A stretch of DNA of 64,000 bases from an uncultured Pelagibacteraceae bacterium (GTDB lineage Bacteria > Pseudomonadota > Alphaproteobacteria > Pelagibacterales > Pelagibacteraceae), in NCBI GenBank assembly GCA_902518155.1, contig CABYFA010000001.1, positions 7,942-71,941 of the forward strand, given 5' to 3'. Made by a program: the position numbers and the translations under genes. The notes beneath the pieces are model-generated. The model had not been told where the DNA came from, ran no database searches, and saw only the letters and a list, made by a program, of their open reading frames with translations. This document shows positions 45,888-56,883 of the stretch, piece by piece. How positions within the stretch are numbered: the first letter of the stretch is position 1; the number at the start of each line of letters is the position of its first letter.

Positions 45888-46517
45888 TTGAAATATAAAA
45901 AGTATTTTAGAAAAACAAGTCTTAAGCAGGATGGTGTGGGTGATTTTTTTCTCAATATAGTAAAAGAGAAAAGTCCTAAAACTTTTTTGGAAATTGGTGT
46001 TTTTCATGGTGTAACAGCAAGAAATATTTGTGAACTACTTTACAAAATTCATAAACATGATTTTAAATACATAGGTTTAGATTTATTTGAAATAAACGAT
46101 GAAAATAAATCAGAGGTAATACCCAATACGCTTTTCTCTAATCCATTAAAAAATATCTATTTTAAATTTTTTAAAAATCAAAATCCTTATAGTAAAGAGG
46201 CAGTTGAAGATCTTTTAAAAAAGTATAAAGATAATATTACTTTGATTAAAGGTAATTCTAATTTGGTTTTAAAAAAAATTGATATGTCAAAAATTGATTT
46301 TGTATTTTTGGATGGTGGTCACGCTTATGAGACTGTTAAGAATGATTTAGAATGTTGTTTGGAGGTGATCAATTCTAACGGAACAATATTATGTGATGAT
46401 TATGACTTAGGCGCTCAGGCACCACAGGTTAAAAAAGCAATAGATGAATTTATTCAAAAATATGAGTTAAAATGTGAAATTTTGTGGAATACCAGATTTG
46501 CAAAAATTCAAAAGTAA
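45888..46517 (+). CDS. Class I SAM-dependent methyltransferase (Methyltransf_24-like), TTG start
   Basis: FLEIGVFHG, GLDLF, FVFLDGGHAYE, LCDDY. Confidence 0.78.
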   Translation: MKYKKYFRKTSLKQDGVGDFFLNIVKEKSPKTFLEIGVFHGVTARNICELLYKIHKHDFKYIGLDLFEINDENKSEVIPNTLFSNPLKNIYFKFFKNQNPYSKEAVEDLLKKYKDNITLIKGNSNLVLKKIDMSKIDFVFLDGGHAYETVKNDLECCLEVINSNGTILCDDYDLGAQAPQVKKAIDEFIQKYELKCEILWNTRFAKIQK

Positions 46518-47642
46518 TTATCTTTGATTTAATTGAACAACTTTTCTGTGTTGATTTCCTTTATAACTAGCTAGAGGCCTTATTAATTTATTGGCCGCGT
46601 GTTGTTCCATGATATGTGCTGACCACCCGGTAATTCTTGAGATGACAAAGATTGGTGTAAAAAAGTCCGTATCAAACCCCATCAAATGATATGTTGGTCC
46701 AGTTGGATAATCAACATTTGGATGTATATTTTTTCTGTCTATCATTACTTTTTCCACAATATCGTAAATTTTTTCAAATTTTTTATCTTTTTTGAGCTTT
46801 GCAACTTTTGCAAAATATTTTCTCATTGTTGGAACTCTTGAGTCCCCAGATTTGTAAACTCGATGACCAAATCCCATAACTACTTCTTTTTTATCTAGAG
46901 CATTATTAATCCATTTAAGAGCATTTTTTGGACTTTTTATTTTATTCATCATATGCATTACTTCCTCATTTGCACCACCATGAAGTGGACCTTTTAAACT
47001 TGCGATTGCACCAGTAATAGCCCCATGGATGTCCGATAAACTGCTGGTAATAGTTCTTGCAGTGAATGTTGATACGTTGAAACTATGCTCTGCATAAAGA
47101 ATTAAAGACACATCAAAAGCTTTTACAATTTCTTTTTGCGGAACTTTCCCAAAGCACATATAGAAAAAGTTTTCTGCTATGTTTAAATTTTTTTTAGGTT
47201 TAATAATATTTTTTCCTTTTCTTAATCTATAAAAAGCTGCTAGAGCAGTAGGAGTTTTAGCTAAAATTCTTATTGCTTTCCTCATATTTGCCTCTTGAGA
47301 AGAATCTGTTGTTTCTTTATCTTCAAGCCCCATTATACTCACAGCTGTTCTGGCGACATCCATCGGATGAGACTTCTTTGGCATTTTTTTAATAATTGAA
47401 TAAAGGTCTTTAGATAAATCTCTATTATTTTTTTCTTCTTTTTCAAACTTTCTTAATTCAATTGTATTTGGTAAATCTTTATTTAAAATTAGATAGGCTA
47501 CTTCTTCGAATCTACAATATTCACATAAATCTTGAGCAGCATATCCTCTATAGGTTAAAGAATTTATTTCAGGCATAACTTTAGAAACTTCTGTTTCATC
47601 AACAACTATTCCTAATAAACCTTTTTTAATATCATCACTCAT
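46518..47642 (-). CDS. prpC: 2-methylcitrate synthase
   Basis: LTYRGY, HSFNVSTF, KGPLHGGANE, GFGHRVY, PNVDY; clustered with prpB and prpD. Confidence 0.88.
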   Translation of the reverse strand: MSDDIKKGLLGIVVDETEVSKVMPEINSLTYRGYAAQDLCEYCRFEEVAYLILNKDLPNTIELRKFEKEEKNNRDLSKDLYSIIKKMPKKSHPMDVARTAVSIMGLEDKETTDSSQEANMRKAIRILAKTPTALAAFYRLRKGKNIIKPKKNLNIAENFFYMCFGKVPQKEIVKAFDVSLILYAEHSFNVSTFTARTITSSLSDIHGAITGAIASLKGPLHGGANEEVMHMMNKIKSPKNALKWINNALDKKEVVMGFGHRVYKSGDSRVPTMRKYFAKVAKLKKDKKFEKIYDIVEKVMIDRKNIHPNVDYPTGPTYHLMGFDTDFFTPIFVISRITGWSAHIMEQHAANKLIRPLASYKGNQHRKVVQLNQR

Positions 47643-48538
47643 TACTCATGTCCTTTAGTGCTAAAATTATAAATTTTTTCGTCCAAGCTATTATATTTTT
47701 CATAGTCAACAAGTTCATACAATCTTTTCCTAGTCTGCATTTTATCGATGATATTGTTTTGATGTCCATTTGCATAAATGTCTCGCAATCCATCTTCAAC
47801 ATTTTTCATAGCTAGTCTTTGGGTAGTAACTGGGTAGATTACGATATTGTAACCAAATTTTTCTAACTCTTTATAATTGAATAATTTTGATTTACCAAAT
47901 TCAGTCATATTAGCTAGCAAATAACATGATAATTCTTTTCTAACTTTTTCAAAATCTTTCTCATCTTTCAAAGCTTCTGGAAAAATTATCTCTGCACCGG
48001 CTTCAGCATAAGCTTTGCATCTTTCTATCATTTTATCAATTCCTTCTACGCTCTTTGCATCCGATCTAGCTATAATTTTAAAGTTTTGATCTTTTTTTGC
48101 TGATACACATTCTTTAATTTTTTTAATCATTGCATCTGTTGATATGAGTTCTTTATTGTCAAGATGCCCACATCTTTTTCTCTCAATTTGATCCTCTAAA
48201 TGAACTGCAGTGATTCCTAATTCCTCAAAAGTTTCAATAGTTTCTTTACAAGATTTAAAACCAGTATCAATATCAACGATAGTTGGAAGATTAGTTACTC
48301 TTGAAATAAGGTATGATCTTGTACTTACATCTTGAAGAGTAGTTAACCCAATGTCAGGAAATCCCAAGTCATTAGCCATAACTCCACCTGAAACATAAAC
48401 TGCGTCGTATCCAATTTCCTCAATTAACTTCGCGGTCAAAGGGTTGTATGCACCAGGAACTCTTAAAATTTTACCAGATTTTAATTTATCAACAAAATCT
48501 TTTCTTTTTTGAACTGGTTCTTTTTCTATAAAGTGCAT
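47642..48538 (-). CDS. prpB: Methylisocitrate lyase
   Basis: YVSGG, PDIGLTT, DIDTGF, LEDQ..RKRCGHL, ARSDA, ANMTEFGK. Confidence 0.93.
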   Translation of the reverse strand: MHFIEKEPVQKRKDFVDKLKSGKILRVPGAYNPLTAKLIEEIGYDAVYVSGGVMANDLGFPDIGLTTLQDVSTRSYLISRVTNLPTIVDIDTGFKSCKETIETFEELGITAVHLEDQIERKRCGHLDNKELISTDAMIKKIKECVSAKKDQNFKIIARSDAKSVEGIDKMIERCKAYAEAGAEIIFPEALKDEKDFEKVRKELSCYLLANMTEFGKSKLFNYKELEKFGYNIVIYPVTTQRLAMKNVEDGLRDIYANGHQNNIIDKMQTRKRLYELVDYEKYNSLDEKIYNFSTKGHE

Positions 48539-50040
48539 TAAAAAATACCTTTTTTAAAATTTCTTTTTATTTTACTCTTTTTGACTTCAATATTTAACTT
48601 ATCAAGTTGACCTGGTTTTAATTTTTTTAAATTTTGTACTATTTTTAAAAATCTATCACTTTCTTTTTTATCTAAGATATTTTCAGTTAAAGTTAAGAAT
48701 TTGTTAATATAATTTCGTCTTTTGAAAGGACGTGAACCATAAGGATGTGCATCTGCTACACCTTGTTCCTCAGTAATTTTTTTACCATTATTGAGAGTTA
48801 TTACTACTTTTGCACCAAATGCTTTTTTTCTTGGGTTTGGATCATGGTATTTTTTGGTCCATTTTTTATCTTCATGAGTTTTTATCGATCTCCAAATCTT
48901 AATTGTGCTCTTTCTTTTAGCTCTTGCTTTTGTGTAGGATTTTACGTGATGCCAAGTGCCATCCTCAAGTGCAACTGCAAATATATACATTATCGAGTGA
49001 TCTAATGTTTCTCTACTAGCATTAGGATCCATTTTTTGTGGATCGTTTGCACCTGTTCCGATTACATAATGAGTGTGGTGACTTGTAAAAATATCTATTT
49101 TTTTGATCTGGTTGAGATTTTGAACTTTCTTTTTAAGTTTTTTTGCTAAATCTATTAAAGCTTGAGATTGATATTCAGCAGAATATTCTTTTGTATAAGT
49201 TTCAAGTATTGCTTTTTTTGTTTCTCCTTTTTTTGGTAAGGGGACTTTGTACAATGCTTTCTTTCCATCAAGTATTCTTGCTATCACACTATCTTCACCT
49301 TCATAAATTGGACTTGGTGCTCCTTCACCACGCATTACTCTATCAACAGCTTCTATAGCAAGCTTACCGGCATGTGCTGGAGCATAGGCTTTCCAGCTTG
49401 AAATTTCACCTTTTCTTGATTGTCTAGTTGAAATTGTTGTATGTAATGCTTGTTGAACAGCTTGATAAATAGTTTCAGTGTTTAATCTTAACATTGAGCC
49501 AATCCCAGCAGCTACACTAGGACCAAGATGTGCTATATGATCTACTTTATGTTTATGCAAACATATTCCTTTAACTAGATTAACCTGGACTTCATAAGCT
49601 GTAATTATTCCTCTCAAAAGATCTAAACCACTTTTTTTATTCTGCTGAGCAACACTTATTAGTGGTGGAATATTATCTCCTGGGTGACTGTAATCGGCCG
49701 CTAAAAAAGTATCATGAAAATCTAATTCTCTGACAGCAGTTCCGTTAGACCATGCTGCCCATTCGCAATCAAATTTTAATTTACTATCAACACCGAATAA
49801 TGTTGCACCATTATTTCTTGAATGTTTTAGAGCCATTTCTCTTGAAGAAATAACCGATCTTCTATTTAGGGATGCTATCGCAACAGAAGCATTGTCTATT
49901 ATTCTATTAATTGACATTTCAACAGCATCTTTATTTAACTTTACATTATCATTTGCAATTTCTGCAATTTTCCATGCAAGCTGATTTTTTTTTGGTAAAT
50001 GAATTTTAGATGGGTAAACTTTAATTTTATGAACTATCAA
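48538..50040 (-). CDS. prpD: 2-methylcitrate dehydratase (MmgE/PrpD)
   Basis: [32 protein letters not shown]. Confidence 0.92.
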   Translation of the reverse strand: MIVHKIKVYPSKIHLPKKNQLAWKIAEIANDNVKLNKDAVEMSINRIIDNASVAIASLNRRSVISSREMALKHSRNNGATLFGVDSKLKFDCEWAAWSNGTAVRELDFHDTFLAADYSHPGDNIPPLISVAQQNKKSGLDLLRGIITAYEVQVNLVKGICLHKHKVDHIAHLGPSVAAGIGSMLRLNTETIYQAVQQALHTTISTRQSRKGEISSWKAYAPAHAGKLAIEAVDRVMRGEGAPSPIYEGEDSVIARILDGKKALYKVPLPKKGETKKAILETYTKEYSAEYQSQALIDLAKKLKKKVQNLNQIKKIDIFTSHHTHYVIGTGANDPQKMDPNASRETLDHSIMYIFAVALEDGTWHHVKSYTKARAKRKSTIKIWRSIKTHEDKKWTKKYHDPNPRKKAFGAKVVITLNNGKKITEEQGVADAHPYGSRPFKRRNYINKFLTLTENILDKKESDRFLKIVQNLKKLKPGQLDKLNIEVKKSKIKRNFKKGIF

Positions 50041-50094
50041 AATAACTCCTAATTAACGAAGTCGTTTTTAATAGTTAAAAAAAAATAATCAATA

Positions 50095-50778
50095 TTAAAG
50101 ATATTTTGATACTATTTTTTCGATACCAATAAAGTCTTTTACTAAGTGATTATGGTAAATTTCATTCGTTTTTTTTTCAGTATATCCATCTTCCATTAAG
50201 ATTACAGGTATCCCAGCATCTTTTGCTGCATTTGCGTCAGTTTCACTATCTCCAATCATTAATGATTTTTTAATATCACCTTGTAATATTTCAATTACAG
50301 AGGTTAGGTGTCTTGGATCAGGTTTACAATAATTAAATGTATTGTGTCCAGCAATGTATTCAAAAAAATCATAAATCCCAATTTTTTTTAAAAGATCAAC
50401 AGCTAGGTAATCAGTTTTGTTGGTACAAACAGCCATAGAAATACTATTTTTTTTTGACCAAACTAGAAAATCTTTGACACCATTTATTAGGGTACTTTCA
50501 TTTACAATGTTTTTTCCATAAAAGTCAGTAAAATCTTTTATCATCTCTTTTTTAACCTTTTCGTTTTGCACTTTTCCAAACTCCTTTTTAGCTTGCCCCC
50601 AAATAGACCTACCAAGCATTGCACCTGCACCTTGACCAACAAGATTTCTTATTTCCTCAGTAGACTTAGTGGGATAACCAAATTTTTTCATAACATGATT
50701 ATGTGCACGCATTAGATCTGGAGCTGTGTCAACTAGAGTTCCATCTAAATCAAAAAGAATTGTAAATTTTTGCTTCAT
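50095..50778 (-). CDS. gph: HAD-family phosphatase (phosphoglycolate phosphatase-like)
   Basis: LFDLDGTLVDT, VCTNK, KPDP, MIGDSETD. Confidence 0.85.
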   Translation of the reverse strand: MKQKFTILFDLDGTLVDTAPDLMRAHNHVMKKFGYPTKSTEEIRNLVGQGAGAMLGRSIWGQAKKEFGKVQNEKVKKEMIKDFTDFYGKNIVNESTLINGVKDFLVWSKKNSISMAVCTNKTDYLAVDLLKKIGIYDFFEYIAGHNTFNYCKPDPRHLTSVIEILQGDIKKSLMIGDSETDANAAKDAGIPVILMEDGYTEKKTNEIYHNHLVKDFIGIEKIVSKYL

Positions 50779-50849
50779 AACTAAAAGTTTTATTAAGAAA
50801 TATTTTGTGAATTAAGAAACATATATACTTAATATAAAGAATTTAACAG

Positions 50850-51473
50850 ATGAAACAATTAAATTTACAAAAGCATCAAATTAATCTTAGAAAAAAATTT
50901 TTAAAAGTGGGTGTTAAAATGATTGGTCCTGAAACAATTTTTTTTTCAAAAGACACTAAGATAGGCAAGAATGTGGTTATCGAACCTTATGTAGTAATAG
51001 GCCAAAAAGTGAAAATAGGAAATAATGTTACAATAAAATCATTTTCACATTTAGAAAATTGTAAAATTGAAAATAAAGTTGATATCGGCCCCTATGCCAG
51101 AATAAGACCTGGTGCAGTTCTAAAAAATGGTTCAAAAGTTGGAAATTTTGTTGAAATTAAAAAAAGTACTTTGGGTATAAATTCAAAAGTAAACCACTTA
51201 ACATATATCGGTGATAGTGAAATTGGTAAATCAGTCAATATTGGTGCTGGAACAATCACCTGTAACTATGATGGAGTTAAAAAAAGTAAAACTAAAATTA
51301 AAGACAATGTATTTATTGGTTCAAATTCATCATTAATAGCACCAATAACAATTGAAGAAGGTAGTGTTGTTGGGGCTGGTTCTGTTATAACAAAAAATGT
51401 AAAGAAAAAATCGTTAGCATTAACGAGAAGTTTGCAGACTGAAATTAAAAATTATAAAAGAAAGTCAAAATAG
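50850..51473 (+). CDS. glmU: GlmU acetyltransferase (left-handed beta-helix) domain only; N-terminal uridyltransferase absent
   Basis: GVKMIGPETIFF, GPYARIRPG, GNFVEIK, NHLTYIGD, GAGTITCNYDG, FIGSNS; 207 aa; upstream of glmS. Confidence 0.88.
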   Translation: MKQLNLQKHQINLRKKFLKVGVKMIGPETIFFSKDTKIGKNVVIEPYVVIGQKVKIGNNVTIKSFSHLENCKIENKVDIGPYARIRPGAVLKNGSKVGNFVEIKKSTLGINSKVNHLTYIGDSEIGKSVNIGAGTITCNYDGVKKSKTKIKDNVFIGSNSSLIAPITIEEGSVVGAGSVITKNVKKKSLALTRSLQTEIKNYKRKSK

Positions 51474-51475
51474 TT

Positions 51476-53296
51476 ATGTGTGGAATAATTGGAATTAACA
51501 GTAATAAACCTGTATCAGCAACTATAATTAATTCTCTTAAAAAATTAGAGTATAGAGGTTATGACTCTGCTGGCATGGCAACTCTCTATAATGGATTGAT
51601 AAACGAAGTAAAATCTGAGGGAAGAGTAGAAAATTTGGAAAAAAATTCTTTAGTTCAAAACATGGAGGGAACTATTGGTATTGGTCATGTTCGATGGGCA
51701 ACACACGGACTTCCTAATAGTATTAATGCTCATCCGCATTCTTCCCAGAATGTTTCTGTTGTTCATAACGGAATTATTGAAAATTCTACAATATTAAAAA
51801 AATTTTTAATTGGAAAAGGTCACAAATTTAAATCTCAAACAGATACAGAGGTAATAGTCCATTTAATTACTGAAAATCTTAAAACAGAAAATATTGTTAA
51901 TTCAATTCAAAAAACTTTGAAGTCATTACATGGAAGCTTTGCATTGGGTATTATATTTAAAGATCAACCAGATTTAATTGTTGGTGCAAGAAGAGGTTCA
52001 CCATTAGCGGTTGGTTATGGTCCTAACGAAAATTATCTGGGTTCAGACTCCTATGCGCTTAAATCTATGACAAATAAGATTACATATTTAAATGATGGTG
52101 AATTCTGCATTATTAAAAAAGATCACGTTGAATTTTTTAGTGAGGAAGGAATTAAAATTAATAAAAAAGTTTTAGAATTATCCTCTACAGAGGAGAAATA
52201 TGACAAAGGTGATTACAAACATTTTATGGCTAAAGAAATTGAAGAACAGCCAAACACAATTAGAAATGGAATTAATGAGTATATAGATATGTCTAATAAA
52301 GATATTAATATTTATAATTTTCCTTGGAAAAGTGATGAGATTACATCAATAACCTTGATTGGATGTGGAACAGCATATCATTCATGTTTAATGGCAAAAT
52401 ATTGGTTTGAGGAAATAACATCATTAGATGTGAATATTGATATAGCATCGGAATTTAGATACAGAAAAAATAGATTTAAAAAAGACACACTTTATGTATT
52501 CGTCTCTCAATCTGGGGAAACAGCAGATACTTATGCTGCTTTAAATCTTTGTAAACAGAATGGTGTTAAAACTTGTGCTGTCGTAAACGTAGTAGAAAGT
52601 TCAATTGCAAGAGACTCTGAATTTGTATTACCAATACATTGTGGAACCGAAATAGGCGTTGCTTCAACTAAAGCTTTTCTTGGACAAATATTGATTTTAT
52701 ATATTCTAGCCTTAAAGCTTTCTTTATTGAGAAAAGATATTGAAAAGAATCATTTTGACAAAAAAATTGATGACCTTAAAAATTTACCAAAACTAGTTGA
52801 GCAAACATTATTGATTGATAATAAGATACAAACAATTTCAAATACTTTTAATGATGCAAAGGGTTCTATGTTTTTGGGACGTGGTTTTTCTTATCCAATT
52901 GCTCTTGAAGGTGCATTAAAACTTAAAGAATTGTCATACATTCATGCAGAGGGGTATCCTGCAGGAGAGATGAAACATGGACCTTTAGCATTAATAGAGG
53001 AGGGTATGCCGGTTGTAGTTTTGGCTCCAAGAGATAATTATTATAAAAAAACGATTTCAAATATGCAGGAGGTAATTGCAAGGGGAGCTAAAGTTTTATT
53101 AATTACGAATAAAAGTAAAGATGAGGTAATTTCAGAAAATATTTGGGAGAAAATCGAAGTTGAAAGTACTAATGAGGATCTACTACCTTTTCTTTTGACT
53201 ATTCCTTTGCAAAAATTAGCTTATTATTCAGCGTTAAAAAAAGGTTATGACATTGATAAACCTAGAAATTTAGCAAAGTCAGTAACCGTTGAATAA
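51476..53296 (+). CDS. glmS: Glutamine-fructose-6-phosphate aminotransferase
   Basis: MCGII, LEYRGYDSAG, GHVRWATHG, SQSGETAD, ELSYIHAEG, PRNLAKSVTVE. Confidence 0.97.
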   Translation: MCGIIGINSNKPVSATIINSLKKLEYRGYDSAGMATLYNGLINEVKSEGRVENLEKNSLVQNMEGTIGIGHVRWATHGLPNSINAHPHSSQNVSVVHNGIIENSTILKKFLIGKGHKFKSQTDTEVIVHLITENLKTENIVNSIQKTLKSLHGSFALGIIFKDQPDLIVGARRGSPLAVGYGPNENYLGSDSYALKSMTNKITYLNDGEFCIIKKDHVEFFSEEGIKINKKVLELSSTEEKYDKGDYKHFMAKEIEEQPNTIRNGINEYIDMSNKDINIYNFPWKSDEITSITLIGCGTAYHSCLMAKYWFEEITSLDVNIDIASEFRYRKNRFKKDTLYVFVSQSGETADTYAALNLCKQNGVKTCAVVNVVESSIARDSEFVLPIHCGTEIGVASTKAFLGQILILYILALKLSLLRKDIEKNHFDKKIDDLKNLPKLVEQTLLIDNKIQTISNTFNDAKGSMFLGRGFSYPIALEGALKLKELSYIHAEGYPAGEMKHGPLALIEEGMPVVVLAPRDNYYKKTISNMQEVIARGAKVLLITNKSKDEVISENIWEKIEVESTNEDLLPFLLTIPLQKLAYYSALKKGYDIDKPRNLAKSVTVE

Positions 53297-53325
53297 TAGA
53301 AAAATTCTGATACAACAATCTTGAG

Positions 53326-54711
53326 TTGAAAATGAAAAATTGGAAAGTAAATAGCTGGAGAAAATATCCGGTAAAACATATTCCGGATTATCCGGATAAA
53401 AAAGAATTGGATCAAGTTTTGAATAAAATCAAAACCTTTCCACCTTTGGTTTTTGCTGGAGAAACAAGACATTTGAAACAACAACTTGCTGAAGTTGTGG
53501 ATGGAAAAGCCTTTTTATTACAAGGTGGAGATTGTGCAGAAAGTTTTGCAGAATTTCATCCAGATAACATTAGAGATACATTTAAAGTTATTCTTCAAAT
53601 GTCATTAGTTTTAACTTATTCAGCATCTTTACCGGTTGTTAAACTTGGAAGGATAGCTGGTCAGTTTTCAAAACCAAGAAGTGCCCCCACTGAGATACAG
53701 GGTGGCAAAGAATTACCAAGTTATTTAGGTGACAATATAAATGCTATTGATTTTACAGAAAAAGCAAGAAGACCAGATCCAAAAAGGATGTTTAAAGCTT
53801 ATTCACAATCTGCTTCAACCTTAAATATTTTACGAGCTTTTTCTAAAGGAGGTTTTGCGGATTTAAATAAAGTCCATTTATGGAATTTAGATTATATCAA
53901 GAAAAGTCCTCAAGCTAAAAAATTTAAAGAACTAGAGGATAAAATAGCTGATGCTTTAGCATTCATGGAAGCTTGTGGAATAACTTCAGATTTTAATAAT
54001 AGACTATACACAGTTAATTTTTGGACTTCACATGAGGCTTTACATTTACCTTTTGAAGAAAGTATGACTAGAATTGACTCCACTACTGGAGAATATCATG
54101 ATACCTCAGCTCATTTTGTTTGGATTGGAGACAGAACAAGACAGATTGATGGGGGTCATGTAGAATTTTGTAAAGGTATTGAAAACCCTATTGGAATAAA
54201 ATGTGGGCCAACCTCAAAGCCAGATGAAATTGCAAAAATTTGTGAATTGATTAATCCTAATAACGAAAAAGGTAAAGTTACATTAATATCCAGATTTGGT
54301 CATAAAAATGTTGAGAAATTTTTACCAAAATTAATTAGAGGTATTAAAAAAGAAGGTTTAAATGTGGTTTGGTCATGTGATCCAATGCATGGAAATACAA
54401 TTAAATCAACGACAGGTTTTAAAACGAGACCTTTTAACGATGTTGTTAGTGAGGTTAAAAATGTATTTGCTGTTCATCAGTCCGAAGGTTCTTACGCTGG
54501 TGGTTTGCATGTTGAAATGACTGGACAAGATGTGACAGAGTGTACAGGGGGTGCAAGAAAAATATCTGATGCTGATTTATCTAGTAGATATCACACTCAT
54601 TGTGATCCTCGATTAAACTCAGATCAAGCAATTGAATTAGCGTTTTTAATTTCTGATGAGATTAAAAAGAATAGCAGCTATTCAAAAAATGCTATTCAAG
54701 CGGCATCTTAG
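53326..54711 (+). CDS. Class II DAHP synthase
   Basis: LLQGGDCAESF, GRIAGQFSKPRS, WTSHEAL, WIGDRTRQ, CDPMHGNT, HTHCDPRLN. Confidence 0.95.
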   Translation: MKMKNWKVNSWRKYPVKHIPDYPDKKELDQVLNKIKTFPPLVFAGETRHLKQQLAEVVDGKAFLLQGGDCAESFAEFHPDNIRDTFKVILQMSLVLTYSASLPVVKLGRIAGQFSKPRSAPTEIQGGKELPSYLGDNINAIDFTEKARRPDPKRMFKAYSQSASTLNILRAFSKGGFADLNKVHLWNLDYIKKSPQAKKFKELEDKIADALAFMEACGITSDFNNRLYTVNFWTSHEALHLPFEESMTRIDSTTGEYHDTSAHFVWIGDRTRQIDGGHVEFCKGIENPIGIKCGPTSKPDEIAKICELINPNNEKGKVTLISRFGHKNVEKFLPKLIRGIKKEGLNVVWSCDPMHGNTIKSTTGFKTRPFNDVVSEVKNVFAVHQSEGSYAGGLHVEMTGQDVTECTGGARKISDADLSSRYHTHCDPRLNSDQAIELAFLISDEIKKNSSYSKNAIQAAS

Positions 54712-54750
54712 ACTGTTGTTTTCAGATTAATAAAGACTAAATAAATATTT

Positions 54751-55488
54751 ATGTATCCTGCTGAAAAAGTAAAATTTATATCTAATTGGATCAAGAATTA
54801 TGTTGATCAAATGCCAAACAAAGCTCAATCTTTAGTAATTGGCATCTCAGGAGGTATTGACTCTTCTGTATCAAGCACCTTGAGTGCAATGACAGGTTTA
54901 AAAACAATTGTTTTAACTATGCCAATAAAACAAAAGGAAAATCAGCATGATTTAAGTTTAAAACATCAGGAATGGTTAACAAAAAAATTTAAAAATGTTG
55001 AAGCCCATACTATTAGTTTAGATAAATTATTTGAAACATTTTCATCTACATTAAATAAATTTGATAATGAACATGGCTATGCCAATTCTAGAGCTAGATT
55101 AAGAATGACAACTCTTTATCAAGTTGCTGCTGCTAATAAAGGTATTGTTGTTGGAACTGGAAATAAAGTTGAAGATTTTGGAGTTGGTTTTTACACAAAA
55201 TATGGTGATGGAGGTGTTGATATTTCTCCAATAGCAGATTGTAACAAAACAGAAGTATGGGAATTAGGTAAAGAACTTGGAATATTAAAAGAGATAATTG
55301 ATGCTCCACCAACTGATGGATTGTGGGATGATGGCAGAACAGATGAGGGTCAATTAGGATTTAATTATAGTGAGTTAGAAGATGCAATGAGCAACCCAAA
55401 CTCACCACACAGAGACCAATACGAAAAAATTAGAAATCAAAACTTGCATAAAATGGAGCCTATTCCAGTTTGCAAGATTCCTAGTTAA
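54751..55488 (+). CDS. nadE: NH3-dependent NAD+ synthetase
   Basis: IGISGGIDS, ARLRMT, GFYTKYGDG, PPTDGLW, TDE. Confidence 0.95.
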   Translation: MYPAEKVKFISNWIKNYVDQMPNKAQSLVIGISGGIDSSVSSTLSAMTGLKTIVLTMPIKQKENQHDLSLKHQEWLTKKFKNVEAHTISLDKLFETFSSTLNKFDNEHGYANSRARLRMTTLYQVAAANKGIVVGTGNKVEDFGVGFYTKYGDGGVDISPIADCNKTEVWELGKELGILKEIIDAPPTDGLWDDGRTDEGQLGFNYSELEDAMSNPNSPHRDQYEKIRNQNLHKMEPIPVCKIPS

Positions 55489-55536
55489 TCAATTAGATTA
55501 ACAAATCACCAAATAAGGTATATTTCTTAATCATCG

Positions 55537-56883
55537 ATGATGGATATTTTTTTAACAAATAATTTAACAAATAAAAAAGAGCAATTCATTCCAAAAGATA
55601 GAGAAAAAATAGGAATGTATGTTTGTGGACCTACTGTATATGATGATCCACATATTGGTAATGCAAGACCTTTAGTTGTTTTTGATATTTTATTTAGATT
55701 ACTTAAAAATAATTTTTCAAAAGTAACTTATGTTAGAAATATAACTGATATTGATGATAAAATTATCAAATCGTCTCAAGAGCAAAAAATTTCCACAAAA
55801 GAACTTACTGAAAAAGTGACTTCTAGTTTTTTAAAAGATTGTGAATTTTTAAATTGTGAAAATCCAACTCATCAACCTAAAGCTACAGAGCATATAGACT
55901 TAATGATAGAGATGATTACTGAACTTATTGAAAAAGGTTTTGCTTATGAAAATCAAAAACATGTCTATTTTGAAGTAAACAAATTTGCTGATTATGGAAA
56001 ATTATCAAATAAAAATTTAGATGAGTTGATTGCTGGATCAAGAATAGAAATTAGTGAAAATAAAAAAAATTCTGAGGATTTTGTTTTATGGAAACCGTCA
56101 ACTGATGGTGAACCTTACTGGGAGTCTCCCTGGGGAAAAGGTAGACCTGGTTGGCATTTAGAATGTTCTGCAATGTCGAAAAAATTTTTGGGCAATGAAT
56201 TTGATATTCACGGGGGCGGTATAGATTTAATTTTTCCACATCACGAAAATGAAATTGCTCAATCTAGATGTGCAAATGAAACAAAAGTTTTTGCAAAATA
56301 TTGGATCCATAACGCCTTTATCACAATGTCTAATGAGAAAATGGCTAAGTCCCAAGGAAATATCTTAAAGATTAAAGATTTTAGAAATAAGATTAGTGGT
56401 CAGATTATTAGATTGGCTCTGATGAGTACACATTACAAACAGCCACTTGATTGGAATGATAAGTTATTAAGTGATTGTGAAAATACTTTAGATAAATGGT
56501 ACAGAGTCTATTCATCTGATTTAAAATCAATTAAAGTTCCAGATAAAATCTTAAAGCCATTATGTGAAGATTTGAACACACCTGGTTATATTGCAAACCT
56601 TCATAATTTATTTGAAAAAGCCACTAAAGGTGAAGGTATAGACTTATTCATATCAGCATGCCAATTTATAGGTTTGATGAATGAAAGTACTGAGCAATGG
56701 AATGACTTTAAAAAGAATAAAGCATCTATTAGTGAGTCTGAAATTAAAAATATGCTTAGTTTAAGAGATAAAGCTAGAGAAAATAAGAATTATAAAGAAG
56801 CAGATAGAATTAGAGATGAACTTTATGACAAAGGTGTTTTAATAGAAGACAAAGATGGTAAAACACTCTGGAAATTTAAATGA
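55537..56883 (+). CDS. cysS: Cysteine-tRNA ligase
   Basis: YVCGPTVY, HIGN, GRPGWHLECSAM, HGGGIDLIFPHHENE, KMAKS. Confidence 0.97.
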   Translation: MMDIFLTNNLTNKKEQFIPKDREKIGMYVCGPTVYDDPHIGNARPLVVFDILFRLLKNNFSKVTYVRNITDIDDKIIKSSQEQKISTKELTEKVTSSFLKDCEFLNCENPTHQPKATEHIDLMIEMITELIEKGFAYENQKHVYFEVNKFADYGKLSNKNLDELIAGSRIEISENKKNSEDFVLWKPSTDGEPYWESPWGKGRPGWHLECSAMSKKFLGNEFDIHGGGIDLIFPHHENEIAQSRCANETKVFAKYWIHNAFITMSNEKMAKSQGNILKIKDFRNKISGQIIRLALMSTHYKQPLDWNDKLLSDCENTLDKWYRVYSSDLKSIKVPDKILKPLCEDLNTPGYIANLHNLFEKATKGEGIDLFISACQFIGLMNESTEQWNDFKKNKASISESEIKNMLSLRDKARENKNYKEADRIRDELYDKGVLIEDKDGKTLWKFK

